A stretch of DNA of 62,284 bases, the filler included. It is 12 parts of 12 records of this genome, joined end to end, with 100 filler letters (N's around TTAATTAATTAA, not from the genome) between each part and the next. Parts side by side here need not be neighbours in the genome. Positions count along the whole stretch, not along the records: positions 35,476 to 39,773 come from SRR15195285_3665; positions 39,874 to 43,462 come from SRR15195285_3667; positions 43,563 to 46,940 come from SRR15195285_3669; positions 47,041 to 54,020 come from SRR15195285_3672; 8 more parts are not named here. One strand, written 5' to 3'. Positions 35,477 through 47,090 of the stretch are shown in pieces. The translations under genes and the position numbers were made by a program. Below the pieces are notes generated by a model. That model had not been told where the DNA came from. It saw only the letters and a list, made by a program, of their open reading frames with translations, and did no database searches. How positions within the stretch are numbered: position 1 is the first letter of the stretch; every line of letters starts with the position of its first letter.

Positions 35477-36188
35477 GACGAGCCGTCCTGGCGGCCCGAC
35501 TCGTTCTACGAAAAAGTCGCAGCGAACCGGCAGCTTGGGCTGCACACACTTTGCCTGCTGGATATCAAAGTGAAGGAGCCCAACATGGAGCAGCTTGCGC
35601 GTGGACGGAAACTCTACGAAGAACCACGGTACATGACCGTGAACACGTGCATCGAGCAGATGCTGCAGGTTGAAGAAGAAAAGCGCGCCGCTGGTGGCGG
35701 CGGCGCTTACGGTGAGGACACACTGTGCATTGGGCTGGCAAAGATCGGATGCAGTGGCCAGACTATAGTGAGTGGAACGATGAAGCAGGTGCGTCCGATC
35801 GCGATATGGGGCCGCTCTGCCATGCATTGCTTGACTTGGCTGTGCCTGTTGATCGCCTTGCGTTCGTCTACTTGCCAAGCATTTGTACACAATTGCACTT
35901 CTGTCCCAATGTTGTGAGCAATGGCTTGTGCGCGACCACAACGGCGTGTGTGCTCAGTTGTTGAACGTTGATTTTGGCCCCCCTTTGCATTCGTTCGTGA
36001 TACCTGGTGAGATGCATCACATTGAAGAAGAGGTCGCTCAGACCTTCCAGCTGTCCAATCCGCCAGCCTCTAGCTGCCCCGTGGTCGAAGGAAAGCAACT
36101 GCTGCCACCGCCGTCGACGATAGCCGGTGCTGCGGTCCCGCCTACGCTGGATCCGGCCGCAGTCTCGGCAGCAGTCTCTTCCTGGGGT
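35477..36188 (+). CDS. DPH5: Diphthine methyl ester synthase, C-terminal half (5' truncated); intron 35789-35957
   Basis: WRPDSFYEK, GLHTLCLLDIKVKEP, GRKLYEEPRYMT, and after splicing VDFGPPLHSFVIPGEMHHIEEE: hallmark DPH5 segments. Confidence 0.93.
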
Positions 36189-36355
36189 GTGAGTTTTCCT
36201 GTTTTCTGCTTCGCCCACCAGCAGCGACCCCCAACTACCTTGTCTAGCATCATTGCAATCAGCGCACTCGCAGCACACAAGACGTACGACGTCTCTGCCA
36301 TCATCGCTCACACGATTATGTGCATCGTACTGTCTGTCTTGTGGCGATGACCCAG

Positions 36356-37681
36356 GAACCAGCGGCACTGCAGGCACTAATTGCAGACGCCTCGGCTCGT
36401 CTCGTGGAGCTCGCGGAAGCTGGCAGCAGCAACCAGACAGTCGTCGATAGTGGCAGTGGTGCTGGCACTGGTCCAGGCGCAGAGTCTGCTCGCCTTGCTT
36501 CCAAATCAACCCAGGGGTCAGCTCCAGGTGCTGCTTCTACATCTCGCTCGCTCGTAAGATCGAAACCTGGCGGCGCAGCAACCACGCAGCAAAGGCATGC
36601 AACTGACGATTTAGAGGAGGGTACGTTCGAAGGTAGTGTCGATGCGATGGACGCTTTTCTTGACGACCTGGGTCACGTTACGGAAACCATGCGTGGCTAT
36701 GGGGTCCGGCGCGCAGTGCGGGCCGAAGGTGAGCGGTCAGACGCCGTTGCCCTGGCGGATCCCACCGGCTCCCTTAACATTGCGGAGATCCGCCCCGTGG
36801 CAAAGGAGGCGCTGGTGTGCGAGGAGCTGGCTGCTAACCTTGGCACCGCACCGCCGATGATCGAGTCGAGAAAACTCGTGGCGCCGCTGGACGGCGCGAT
36901 TCTGCGCAATGTCTTGTCACAAGAGGAGTGCGCCAGCCTGATCGCATCGACCGATGGCATGGGCTACTCCTTCTGGGATCCAGATGAAAAGCGACGAGAC
37001 TTTCGTTCCGCCGATACCGTGGAAGTGCATAGCAAAGCTCTGGCCAAAGCTTTGTGGGATCGGATCCTGCCCCATATTGCAGAGCTCACTGCAGTCAAGG
37101 TGGAGGAGATGCAATCCCGATGGGAGCGCGAAACTGACGGCGACTGGACAGCGTATGGTGTGAACCACGAGTTGCTCTTCGGGCGATATCGTGCGGGTGG
37201 GCATTTCTCGCCCCACACAGATGGCAACACAGTCGTTGATTTCAACGACCGCTCCCTCTACAGCATGATCGTGTATCTCAACGACTGTGAGGACGGAGGC
37301 TCCACGCGTATGCTCGTGTTGGAGCCAGGTGACTCCTTCTCCACAGATGCGAGTGGTAGATTTCGCGGCCGGGAGGAGAATGTCGTTGACAGCTGCCCCG
37401 TAGAGGCAGGATCGGTGCTGTTATTCTACCAGAATATTGTTCACGAAGGGGAGCCAGTTGGCATGGGCAGTATGAAGTACATCATTCGCACTGATTTGAT
37501 GTTCCGTCGGAATAATCCGTTCTGCGACAGTGCGAGTGACGTCGAGGCATTCCGGTTGATGAAAGAAGCGGAGGAGATCGAGAACACGCAGCAAGGGCCC
37601 GCGAGTGCGAACAAGGCGGCGGGTCTCTTTAGGCAGGCATTTCGGATGAGCCCTGCCCTAGCGAAGGTATACGGCTCCTGA
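36356..37681 (+). CDS. 2-oxoglutarate/Fe(II)-dependent dioxygenase (prolyl-4-hydroxylase-like); probably the terminal exon of the DPH5 gene
   Basis: RYRAGGHFSPHTDG (HxD), IVYLND..DGGST, VHEGEPV (distal His), KYIIRTDLMF. An in-frame intron at 36189-36355 links it to DPH5; an alternative independent ATG lies at 36347. Confidence 0.85.
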   Translation, partial: EPAALQALIADASARLVELAEAGSSNQTVVDSGSGAGTGPGAESARLASKSTQGSAPGAASTSRSLVRSKPGGAATTQQRHATDDLEEGTFEGSVDAMDAFLDDLGHVTETMRGYGVRRAVRAEGERSDAVALADPTGSLNIAEIRPVAKEALVCEELAANLGTAPPMIESRKLVAPLDGAILRNVLSQEECASLIASTDGMGYSFWDPDEKRRDFRSADTVEVHSKALAKALWDRILPHIAELTAVKVEEMQSRWERETDGDWTAYGVNHELLFGRYRAGGHFSPHTDGNTVVDFNDRSLYSMIVYLNDCEDGGSTRMLVLEPGDSFSTDASGRFRGREENVVDSCPVEAGSVLLFYQNIVHEGEPVGMGSMKYIIRTDLMFRRNNPFCDSASDVEAFRLMKEAEEIENTQQGPASANKAAGLFRQAFRMSPALAKVYGS

Positions 37682-37787
37682 TGAGTCCGAGAGACTAGCA
37701 CTTGTGGAGGATGCAGTCCTGCAACGAGGTGCAACAGCCGTGCACGATATCTCGTCGCGTTTCACCAGTCTTCATTATTTTCTCTCT

Positions 37788-39241
37788 TCACACAAGGACG
37801 CCGATTACTGGCAGCAGCAACAGTGCCAGAGTTCCAGCAGCACTGCGCGCGTGCACGGTCGCAGCTGTGGATGTAGGCACACCCCCTGGCGCAGGACTTG
37901 GTGCAGCCGGCCCCTCTGGTACCGTCGAGTCAGCCCAGAGGTCGTAGGGATCGTTCTCTCCGCTGCATGTGCGAGTGTCGCCTGGCACCTCGGATTGCAC
38001 ATTGCGGAGCCACACACGTTCGTGCGCCTGACAATATGCAGAGTCATTCACACTGAGCTGCGAAGTCGGACAGATGACGAAGCTTGCGTAGTTAAAAGAT
38101 TGTGTTGGGAGGTGAGGATGCGTACGGGGTGTGCTTTAGGGGTGATGATGTTGATGAGATCCTCGAGCAGAACATCAGGCTCTGGCAGTCGAGATTCAAA
38201 CCAGTCGTTTGCGGTTGCACAGTCACCGTCTACGCAGCGGTTGTTCCCCATGATGTCGTAGGTCCTATTGGTTTGCACAGCTGGGAGCTGGGCTAGAGAA
38301 TCAATAGCCATTGACTCCTGTGTGTCCCAGTTTTGGCTAGGGTACACCCAGACGTCCGCTTCGGCAGCCGCCTGGTAGAACGCAGAGAAGTTAGTGATCC
38401 CACCCCACGCAGCTGGGTCTCCAATGTCCGAGAGATCGATGATATTGCCACCGGCTTTCTCTACGAGGTCACAGTAGTAATTGGGGCAAGTTCCAGGGTA
38501 TAGCGTGCCATCGTACTCAGACACCCACAGGATGCTCTGCCGGCTGCCTCCTTCAGCAAGTGCATCTTGCACTGCTCGCTCAGCGGCGTCAATGCGTGAC
38601 TTGACCGCCGAGATATGCGCGGTTGCAGCCACCTCTGCGTTCAGGAACAGAGCGACATATTCGAGCCATTCGGCACCGCCGATCGCTGTCGCCTCACCTG
38701 TCTCGGCGACGGGGATGATAGCGCCTTCGACGCCAGCCAGAGTGGCCGATGGGCCCGCGAAGACAGCGTCGGCGCCGACCGCGTTGATGTCGCTGATGGA
38801 CGGCGCCCAGTTCTCGCTGCCGATGTTGCTCACGTCGCCCGCGGCAATGGCGTCGCGCAGGCACGGCGATGAGACAGCATCTGTGCCCGAGACGCCCTTG
38901 ATTGCCTGGCGGTAGCCGACCAGCTCAAAGAACGGGATGTACGTTGTCGACATGAGCGTGACGGTCTCGAACGGGATCTGCACCGTGCTGGTCGCGCCGT
39001 CTACCCCCGGATCACTGGCAGCAGGTTCCGGTGTGCCACACTGGTACGCAATGATCTTGTCGCTACCCACATCGATGACCTTGTACGACTTGTAGTACGT
39101 CACCTCCCATCCAGTGGCATAGTCGCTCGCGAGCTTGACTGGGAAGTAATCGAAATCTGGATCGAACTCGCCCTCAGGAACGCACGCCTGGCTGCCGGTG
39201 CCCAGCGTGCAGATGATCAGCGCGAACAACCTCAGCAGCAT
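37788..39241 (-). CDS. CBA1-like / periplasmic-binding-protein-type cobalamin or Fe-chelate binding protein, with signal peptide and hydrophobic C-tail; intron 38058-38125
   Basis: DYFPVK, WEVTYYKSYKV, YQCGTP, STTYIPFFELVG, EWLEYVALFLNAE, CPNYYCDLVEKAGG, NDWFESRLPEPDVLLEDL, HERVWLRNV. The Pro/Ala/Thr-rich stalk and terminal hydrophobic stretch suggest a GPI or TM anchor. Confidence 0.72.
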
Positions 39242-40266
39242 GGCTCAGCCCACCCGGTATGAGATCAACAGGTGCCCAGCGATGGCCACTGCAGCTATGC
39301 ACGCACGCAGCTGTACGCGCGGCGCGCGGCGCGTGAGTGAATGCTGTGTGCTTCATTTTGCTTGCTTGTTGAACCTTGCATGGTCCCGGTTCGTTGGGAC
39401 AGGCTGTCATTGAATGCCAGCTGTTGAGTAGATCTACGCACGGTGTACAGCACTATTCATGGTACAGTGTGACAATGATGCACCCATTGAAAGTGAGAAG
39501 TGTGTGTCTAGGAATTCCTACATTACAACTGGTTCGTCCAAATGTCAAAATGGGAAATCGTGGCGTGAATGAGAACGAATCGAATGAACTTGCGTCCCGA
39601 CCATCTCATGTGGATACCGTACAGCAATGAATAGCTACGTACAGTATGAATAGCTGTACTGTACCAGTAGCTAGATCAATGATAATAGTACCGGTACGTC
39701 GGAGTCTGGGCCGCCTGGTAACAGGATCGACGAATGGGATTGTAGAGCTTTTTGGGAATTCAGTGGGATACGCNNNNNNNNNNNNNNNNNNNNNNNNNNN
39801 NNNNNNNNNNNNNNNNNTTAATTAATTAANNNNNNNNNNNNNNNNNNNNNNNNNNNNNNNNNNNNNNNNNNNNACCAATTTTCGCGGCAGTTGCGTCTCG
39901 GTGGTTGGCGAATGCCTCGACTCGGGTCATCGATCCTCGACACTGCATAGCAGACTCATCGTAAACGACTCGACCTATCCGCTATCGCAGACTCATGTGT
40001 GAATCTCTTTCTCTCGAGACTGTACTGGAATTCAATACTGACTAAACCTTGGTATCAGATTGTCAGAGACAGAAAAACCCGGATCTCCCGAGCTGAAGCC
40101 ACACTGCTGGCGTGGATGGCAGGCTCTCTACATAGCGCCACCGCACGCAGAGCCGTGCATCGTCCCTGTCCACAGCTGTAGCCAAGGTGGGACGATCAAT
40201 GGGGGCTATCCCTCGCTAGCGAGCGAATTATTTTGCGCCAGATCCGGGCGGCCGGCGCTGCCGAAC

Positions 40267-42424
40267 ATGCCGACGGTGCGTGGACTGAACATCCTGCTGA
40301 TCTGCAGCGTGCGGCTCATCTGTCAGCTGGACCGCCTGGCGTGGAGCTTCCTCGTCGTGGCCATGACCGCAGAGCTGGGCTGGAACACTGTTGAGCAAGG
40401 TCACGTCAAGGCGGCATTCGCGTCCGGCTACCTCTGGCTGCAGATTGTGGGTGGGCTGGCAGGCGACCGCTTCGGCAACAAAATCTTCCAGGTCTTCGCC
40501 ATTGCTGCGTGCGCGGCAGGAATGGCAGCGGTGCCGTGGGCTATCGGCGGAGCAGGACCTGGCGAGCTGCAGGAGACAGATGGACGCGGCCTCGCACCAT
40601 GGGTAGAACTCGATCGCAAGGGTCTGAGCTTCTCTGTGGCGCGCTGGGTATACTTCATCATGGGTGTAAGCTGCGGGCCGCAGCATCCAACGGGTACCGC
40701 GATGCTGGCCAAGTGGTGCCTGCCGCAGGAGAAGGCGTGGGTTTCTTCCATGGACGCCCTGAGCTCCATTATCGGCAGCCTGCTCTCGACACTGGTCATT
40801 GGACTGGTGATCGAGATTCTCGGCTGGCGCGCGACCATGCGTGCAATGGCGCTGTGCACCGTCGTCCTTCTAGTGTTCTTCTGTGCGTTCGCGTCAGATG
40901 GGCCAAAGCGCCCCAGTTCCGGCGTTTTTGGCTGGCTGCAGATGTCGGAAGAGGAATGCCAGTTGTTTGAAGATGCTGGAATGCTGGCGTCTTCCGTCAG
41001 CAATGGGAACGGCAGTAGCGCGCAGAGAGAACAGTCAGATCGCTCCCCGATCAAATCCGTGGTCACCTGGAAGACCCTGCAACAGGCAGGGCGTTCAACT
41101 GGTAGCGGATCTGGGTCTCAGCAGCCGCTTCTGCAGCGAGGGCGGCTCAGCTCAGTCCAAGAGCTCTTCACATGTACGCACAAACACCGTCGCTCTCTGC
41201 TTTGTGTGGGTGTCGTCCCTCGAGTTTCTGAAGGACGGTATCTCTAATGTGTGTGCACTGCAGCTCCAGCCACATGGGCGCTGTTTGTGGCACACGCAAC
41301 GTATAATTTTGTTAGGTACACGATCGAGCAGGAGATGCCTAAGTTCTTCAATGACCAGCTGCACACCGGACATGCAAAGACGGGCATTGCGTTAGCCACA
41401 CTGCACGTCTCTGCGTTTGTCCTCTCAATGGCCCTCGAGCGTGTTGTCTCCGCTGCGCTGCGCTCTGAGACGTAAGCATACCTGCGCGGACATAACTATG
41501 CACGCTCACACCCACGCTCATGTAGAGAAATTTCCATTTCAATTGTCTCAACTAGCACACTGCAAAACGTGTTTCTGTGGCAGGTACTCGCTGCTTACGG
41601 TGCGTCGGCGCGCGGCGTGGTGGGGCTTTGGGATGGTTGCACTAGGCGCCGCTCTCATGAGTGTCGCAGCTAGTGCCAAGTGGGTGCCGATTAAGCCACC
41701 GTTCTGGGTAAGCAACGAATACTCCACACGCTTCGGGTCTTTGGGCGCCGCCCCCCCCCCCAAAAAAAAATCATAAAGGAATAACCCCAGCGCGCCTTTT
41801 TAAGAAGGGCCCGGGGATAAATATAAATATTGTGTAAAATACATCTCTCATCGAGAGAGGGTGTTGTGCTGCGGTGCAGGCGTTCACGGTTCTGATCCAT
41901 GTGGTGTGGGTGGGCGTCACCGCTCAGGCATTCGGTACGAAATCTGCCCTTGTTCAGACTGACAACTGCTGATTTGTGTAGAGACTTTTCGGGCTTTCAA
42001 TAGCGGGCTTGCTATCAATGCAGGTCACATTGGCAACTACTACGACCTGACAGTTGGGAATACTGGATTGCTGATGGGAGTCGGGAACACTTTTGCCACT
42101 ATCCCCTCTGCACTCTCGCCTGTAAGTTTCTCTAGCAGATGGATAATTGTGCCTTCTGGCTAGGGGTCGTTTTAACTGGGTGCTCGCTGGCTCTTGGGTT
42201 CCCACTCGCAGCTGATGGTAGCACACACTGTCCATACCTATGGTCCAGGGGAAGGTTGGCCACGGGTGATGCAGATTCTCGCTGCCGTGGCGGCCTGTGT
42301 AGGTTGGGTGTATAGTAGAGGGGTAGAGGTAGACGTGGTAGACGGGACGGACGATGCGCTACGACCCGGGCGCGGGACTGGCGGGGATGGCAGCAATGCG
42401 CCTAAGGGATCGCACACAGTCTAA
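40267..42424 (+). CDS. MFS transporter, anion:cation symporter (SLC17-like), multi-exon
   Basis: ICQLDRLAWS...GWNTVEQGHVKAAFASGYLWLQIVGGLAGDRFG, MLAKWCLPQEKA, EMPKFF, GLLMGVGNTFATIP. Several GT-AG introns between about 41173 and 42211; exact boundaries not all resolved. Confidence 0.8.
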
Positions 42425-42496
42425 TCTGCACCGATATATTGAGTGGCTACGATCCCTGTAGTAGGAAACAGCCTGGTTCTCTGATAGCTACATCGT

Positions 42497-43153
42497 TCAC
42501 TGCAATCCAGTTTCCGAACCCGTCTGTCTATGCGCGAATTCGGCACGCGCCAGCCCCGGCGCGGCAGGCCGCACGCGGCTGGGGGCGTCTCCAATTAACT
42601 GGTTGACCTGCTGGCCGAAGCACAGCAGATCGCACAACCGTGCACCGAACGGCGCATGATAATCTGTAGCCGACTGCGCGACGGCACTTGGTACAAGCTG
42701 CTTTGGCCAGACCACCTGCTGCCAGTCTTCGTCAGCAACTGTTGCCTCGTGGTCAGGCCGGTCCTGCACGCCGAACACAGCGCCATAAGGGCCCACGGCA
42801 AGACAGCACCGTGACGGGGGAGGTGCGCACGGAAGGAACCAGAAGGAGGTTGCGCGGGCGCCACTCACACTGAACGAGAAAAGACGAAGCACTACTGAGT
42901 TCGCCGCCTCGCCACCCGCAGCCACCAAAGCATCTCGCAGCGCCTGCGTCCCCAGCGGTTCCAGTGCAGGCCGATCCTTGACCTCGAGCTTCGTGGTAAA
43001 CTTGCCGCGCTCTAGCATCGCGTGCTGCTCGCAGACCTGCTCCAGCAGCGCACCCGCCGAAAGCTGCGTCGCGTCAAGCCGGAATCTCTTCAAGTCGCCT
43101 CCGTTTACCATCGACTTGATGATGATGACTCTGCCGCGCCCATGGTCGCTCAT
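42497..43153 (-). CDS. Hypothetical protein with a possible PB1/ubiquitin-fold-like N-terminus; probably spliced
   Basis: IIIKSMVNGGDLKRFRL resembles a PB1 start, and a gtgagt donor follows RLFSFS. Weak support; 3' structure unresolved. Confidence 0.35.
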   Translation of the reverse strand: MSDHGRGRVIIIKSMVNGGDLKRFRLDATQLSAGALLEQVCEQHAMLERGKFTTKLEVKDRPALEPLGTQALRDALVAAGGEAANSVVLRLFSFSVSGARATSFWFLPCAPPPSRCCLAVGPYGAVFGVQDRPDHEATVADEDWQQVVWPKQLVPSAVAQSATDYHAPFGARLCDLLCFGQQVNQLIGDAPSRVRPAAPGLARAEFAHRQTGSETGLQ

Positions 43154-43562
43154 GCTCTCCTGGCCTCAGAGGACGCTCTGTGCCTACCGTGCTGATTATC
43201 GCACTGCACTCATGCTGCTGCTGCTCAAATCAGATGGGGATACTGCCTCGATGCGTCGCCCGGGAAGTGTGGGGCGTGTGTGGGTGGGGGTAGTTCTTCG
43301 ATGCTCTTGCGTGCTGCCCACGCCCCGGGCGCCCACGCAGCACGACTCTCAGGCAGGCTGCCGGTGCACATATGAGCGTCGCGTCCCGCCCCGCGCGCCT
43401 CCGCGGCCATGCATCCGCGCGTCCGCGCACCCTCACCGCTCCAGCATGCACTCCAACTGTCGNNNNNNNNNNNNNNNNNNNNNNNNNNNNNNNNNNNNNN
43501 NNNNNNTTAATTAATTAANNNNNNNNNNNNNNNNNNNNNNNNNNNNNNNNNNNNNNNNNNNN

Positions 43563-44380
43563 GTGGTGGTGTCTGAGAAAGCGGATGTCGAGTACCGCGG
43601 TCAAGAACGACTCAGCTGGAAGTATCTGGTTTCAAAAAAACTGCCTGGCGAAGCCATAGAAATCACCGTCCTCAGAGCTGCGACAGCCGGGGATGCCAAG
43701 CCTGAGCCGACGCTGGAGAAGGCCGAGGGTGGCGGTGGAGTTGCTATTCAACTGGACAGTGGCGGTGGGTCGGAGGAGCTCAAAATGTCGATCGAGCTTG
43801 CTCCAGTTCCGCGGCTGCTGCCGCGCGTACACGAACTCGACTACCATTCCACCTACTGCATCTACGGTGGTCTCGTTGTCGTTCCCGTACGTTGCGCCAT
43901 CCCACTCGCTCTCCATCACAGAGACCATCATGCAACTCGTTTGCCTTGCTGCGTTGACCGTAGCGCTATGCCGTGGGTGTACAGGCCGGAATGCCGCTGC
44001 AGCGTGCCTCGATCAGGGCGCGGCGCTACGAAATTTACGACGCCATTTCAACGATCTCTTCAACCACTGAGTTCACAGACTTGACACAGCAGTCTTGCGT
44101 CTTGGCTGACGTCCTCGCCCATCGCATCAACGTATCGTACGATAATTTCAAAGGAGAAGTGATCAAGGCTGTTAATGGCACAGCTGTGAAGAACATGCGC
44201 CATCTGGTGGAGCTGCTGTCCGCGCTGGAAGCCGGTGAGACCACGATCGACTTCGACTGTGGTAAGTCGCAGAGTCGTGCACATTGTGTGTTTGACACGG
44301 TTGAGGCGAAGGAGTGCGAGGGGGAGATACTTGGGCTCAACAAGGTCCCCGCGTGGTGCAGCCCGGAACTGGTGCAATGA
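43563..44380 (+). CDS. Deg/HtrA protease (Deg2/Deg9-like), C-terminal PDZ region, 5' truncated; intron 43887-43984
   Basis: EYRGQERLSWKYLVSKK.PGE.I.ITVLR, YCIYGGLVVVP, VLADVLAHRINVSY, VNGTAVKNMRHLVELL. Confidence 0.8.
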
Positions 44381-44499
44381 ACGATACTGTACATGAGCAC
44401 AAACGCGCCACGCAGCTCTCAGTTCTAATTCCACGTAGTTAGTGCAATATAAGGTACCCGTGATGTGCGCCAGTCGTGTGCGCTGCTTTTAGGACGAGG

Positions 44500-45550
44500 C
44501 TAGAGGCCTGGCTTGGTAGCGCGAACGGAGAACATCATCGGGCACAAGTCGCGCTGATGCTCTGGCCACCGGTAGCCGCCGAACCCTGTGCTTTCGCTTT
44601 CCTCATCTTTGACCATCGTGTCAATCATCTGCCAATCTAGTACGTTGTGCTCATGCAAGAACTCCAGCTGCAGACCACCGTCTGTCAGCAACGCAGTGAT
44701 GATCTCGCCAAGGCTGTGATTCCATTCGTGTGTGACGGTGCTCGTGAACTTTGCATCGGGGTCGGCGTAGGTTCCATCCGAGTCGAAGGCATTCCCATTG
44801 GCTGTCTCGAAGTACGGATACGCCATCAGGAGATCTCTCCCACCGTGCTCGTCTTTCGGGCGTTCCATGAAGCCCGGTGTCTCGTCGTCGGCAAGAGTGA
44901 AGAGCATCGGGTGACCGTCGCGGACATACAGCGTCCCACCCGGCGCAAGGCACTGACCAACCACTGCTGCCCAACGCGTCACACTCGACAGCCAACAAAG
45001 CGATCCAACATTCAGGAACACAACATCAAACGTCTCACCATCTAACGCCTCAGGAGCAGAGTATACATCACTCTCCACCCAACGCGCCTCCTCAGGTCCC
45101 AGCCCAGCCTCCGCAGCTAACCGCGCTGCCTCAGCGAGCGCTTTGCCTGAAAAGTCGAGCCCCGTCACGGACGCCGCTCCGGCGTGCTTGAGGCTGATTG
45201 TGTCCGTGCCAATATGGCACATGAGATGCAGCACCTTCTTGCCCGCGATCCGGCCGGCGTCCACGAGCTCCTTGACCTCCACGGGCTGCAAGGCCACCTT
45301 GCCCGCCTTGACCAGCGCGATCTCCCTCGAATATCGCGAGTCAGGACCAACGTGGGCTGCCACCCGCTCTTCCCTAGGAGAACAGCGCTCGCTGGTGTGA
45401 GCGCCGCTGAATCTGACACTGACAGCGGCGGAGAGTCTGAGCAAGAGCGAGCCCGGCACTGTCAGTCGCTCACCAGTTTGCTTTGTTGGCATCCCGCTTC
45501 GCTTCCCACTGCTGCATGATGTTGTCACCGGCGGCGCCTGGCGGCTCCAT
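44500..45550 (-). CDS. Class I SAM-dependent methyltransferase (bacterial-like family); intron 45374-45473
   Basis: Spliced N-terminus ANKANWEERVAAH; KVLHLMCHIGTDT, VTGLDFS, FDVVF, LAPGGTLYVRDGHP, EWNHSLGEII. Confidence 0.85.
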
Positions 45551-47090
45551 CGTCCGACACGTCCGAGCCACCTACCTTTCCTGCTGTTCGCCAGCCTGCT
45601 GCTGCCCAGCCCCCGCGTGCGCCAGGTGGCGCCGTGCGGCGCGATGATCTCATGCAGCATCGCCGATGCGTCATTGCATACCCAGGTACCGGTACAGGTC
45701 CCAGTACCTATATTGAAAGCGGTCCTATATTGAAAGCTTTGATTATCAGAATGGAACAGGAGTTCAGAGAAATCACTGAGAAATTTGCTGAAATTCCTCA
45801 TCTGAAGTGGTCAGTCGATCGAGCCGAGTTTTCCCATGCATCAGCGTTGAAATGTGACTGTGTTCTGACTCCATCGGATTGATCAGAAGACCTTCAAGAA
45901 GAATCCAGCTGGTCGATTGAGCTCATTTTTCATCCTCCGGTTTCCATGAATCCAGATCAGGATTCAGCATGCATTGATCAGGAAAACAGTATCGTACTCG
46001 GCGCGAGGCACGCGTGCGCCTACGCGCACCGTGATTGATCCAAAATGGTGATTGAACAGCAGAGAACCCGATCAAGTGGGGAGACGGAAAAATGAGCGTT
46101 CGGACGTTCTGTGCGATGATGGAGGGGCGCCCCTCCCGTTCACATGGAAGGGGCGGGCAGGGGACTCCGTACCTTCGCGAAACCTCATCAGGGGGTGCGT
46201 GCAGGTGCCCAGGGAGGTGCAGAACGTGTCCTACTTCGAAGTACGAGCCGGCCGGTGTCCATAGACACCTTCAGCTCCTCCTTCTTCCCCTCTCTCACCG
46301 CCACTACTCACAGTCAGCAGCGATTTCGTCAAAAGGACGGCGCACCAGGTACGTCGACCCATATATCGTCTGAAAGCTCTCAGCGTCAGCTTTCCAACGA
46401 TGTATGGGTTGACGTCGGTACTCTGCACACAGCGGAGTCAGAGTTGTGGGAAAAAAACGCGACGAAACAGGGTTCTGGGGCCTGTACATCGATGGAAAGC
46501 GGAGGGCGAGACGGTTCCATCGGTGTAAAATTCATTGACATGTCTGCCAGCGATCCGAGTATCAAGTTGTGTTCGTGAGTGTTCACCTGCGTCGGCCCCG
46601 GGGTGGGGGCTGCGCTGGGGGGGAACCCGGCGCAAGGCCGCGGCGCGCGAGCTCAGCACCATGGCGGCATGCGGTGCACGCACTGCTGATGCGTCACGGT
46701 GCCGGGCGTGAGCAGGTGATGCAGGTCACTGCGCCGATTATGGTGCTGTTCGTGCTAGCCGTCATGCTGGGGTCTGGCCCCTTACCCACCAGTGCGTTGG
46801 CCACACGTCTGCGGGGCGCACAATCGGTGACGCGAGTGGACGGTGCGGTAAATACAGTATACATTCACCGTACTAGATCTAGATCTAGTAGGTATGCCCA
46901 TGCACGAGCACCGGGCCCAAGGTATGCCCGAGCGCCGGGANNNNNNNNNNNNNNNNNNNNNNNNNNNNNNNNNNNNNNNNNNNNTTAATTAATTAANNNN
47001 NNNNNNNNNNNNNNNNNNNNNNNNNNNNNNNNNNNNNNNNAAGATAGCCACCCAGATCGTACATGTTTATGCGGCGAATGCTTTCGATCA

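Noticed and set aside
45706-45737. Direct repeat CCTATATTGAAAGC x2 as a transposon target-site duplication
   Set aside because: The copies are nearly adjacent with no element between them; more likely a local duplication in a promoter region.
46050-46940. Possible small spliced gene upstream of the methyltransferase
   Set aside because: Some splice-like signals, but I could not build a consistent frame or recognise a product.
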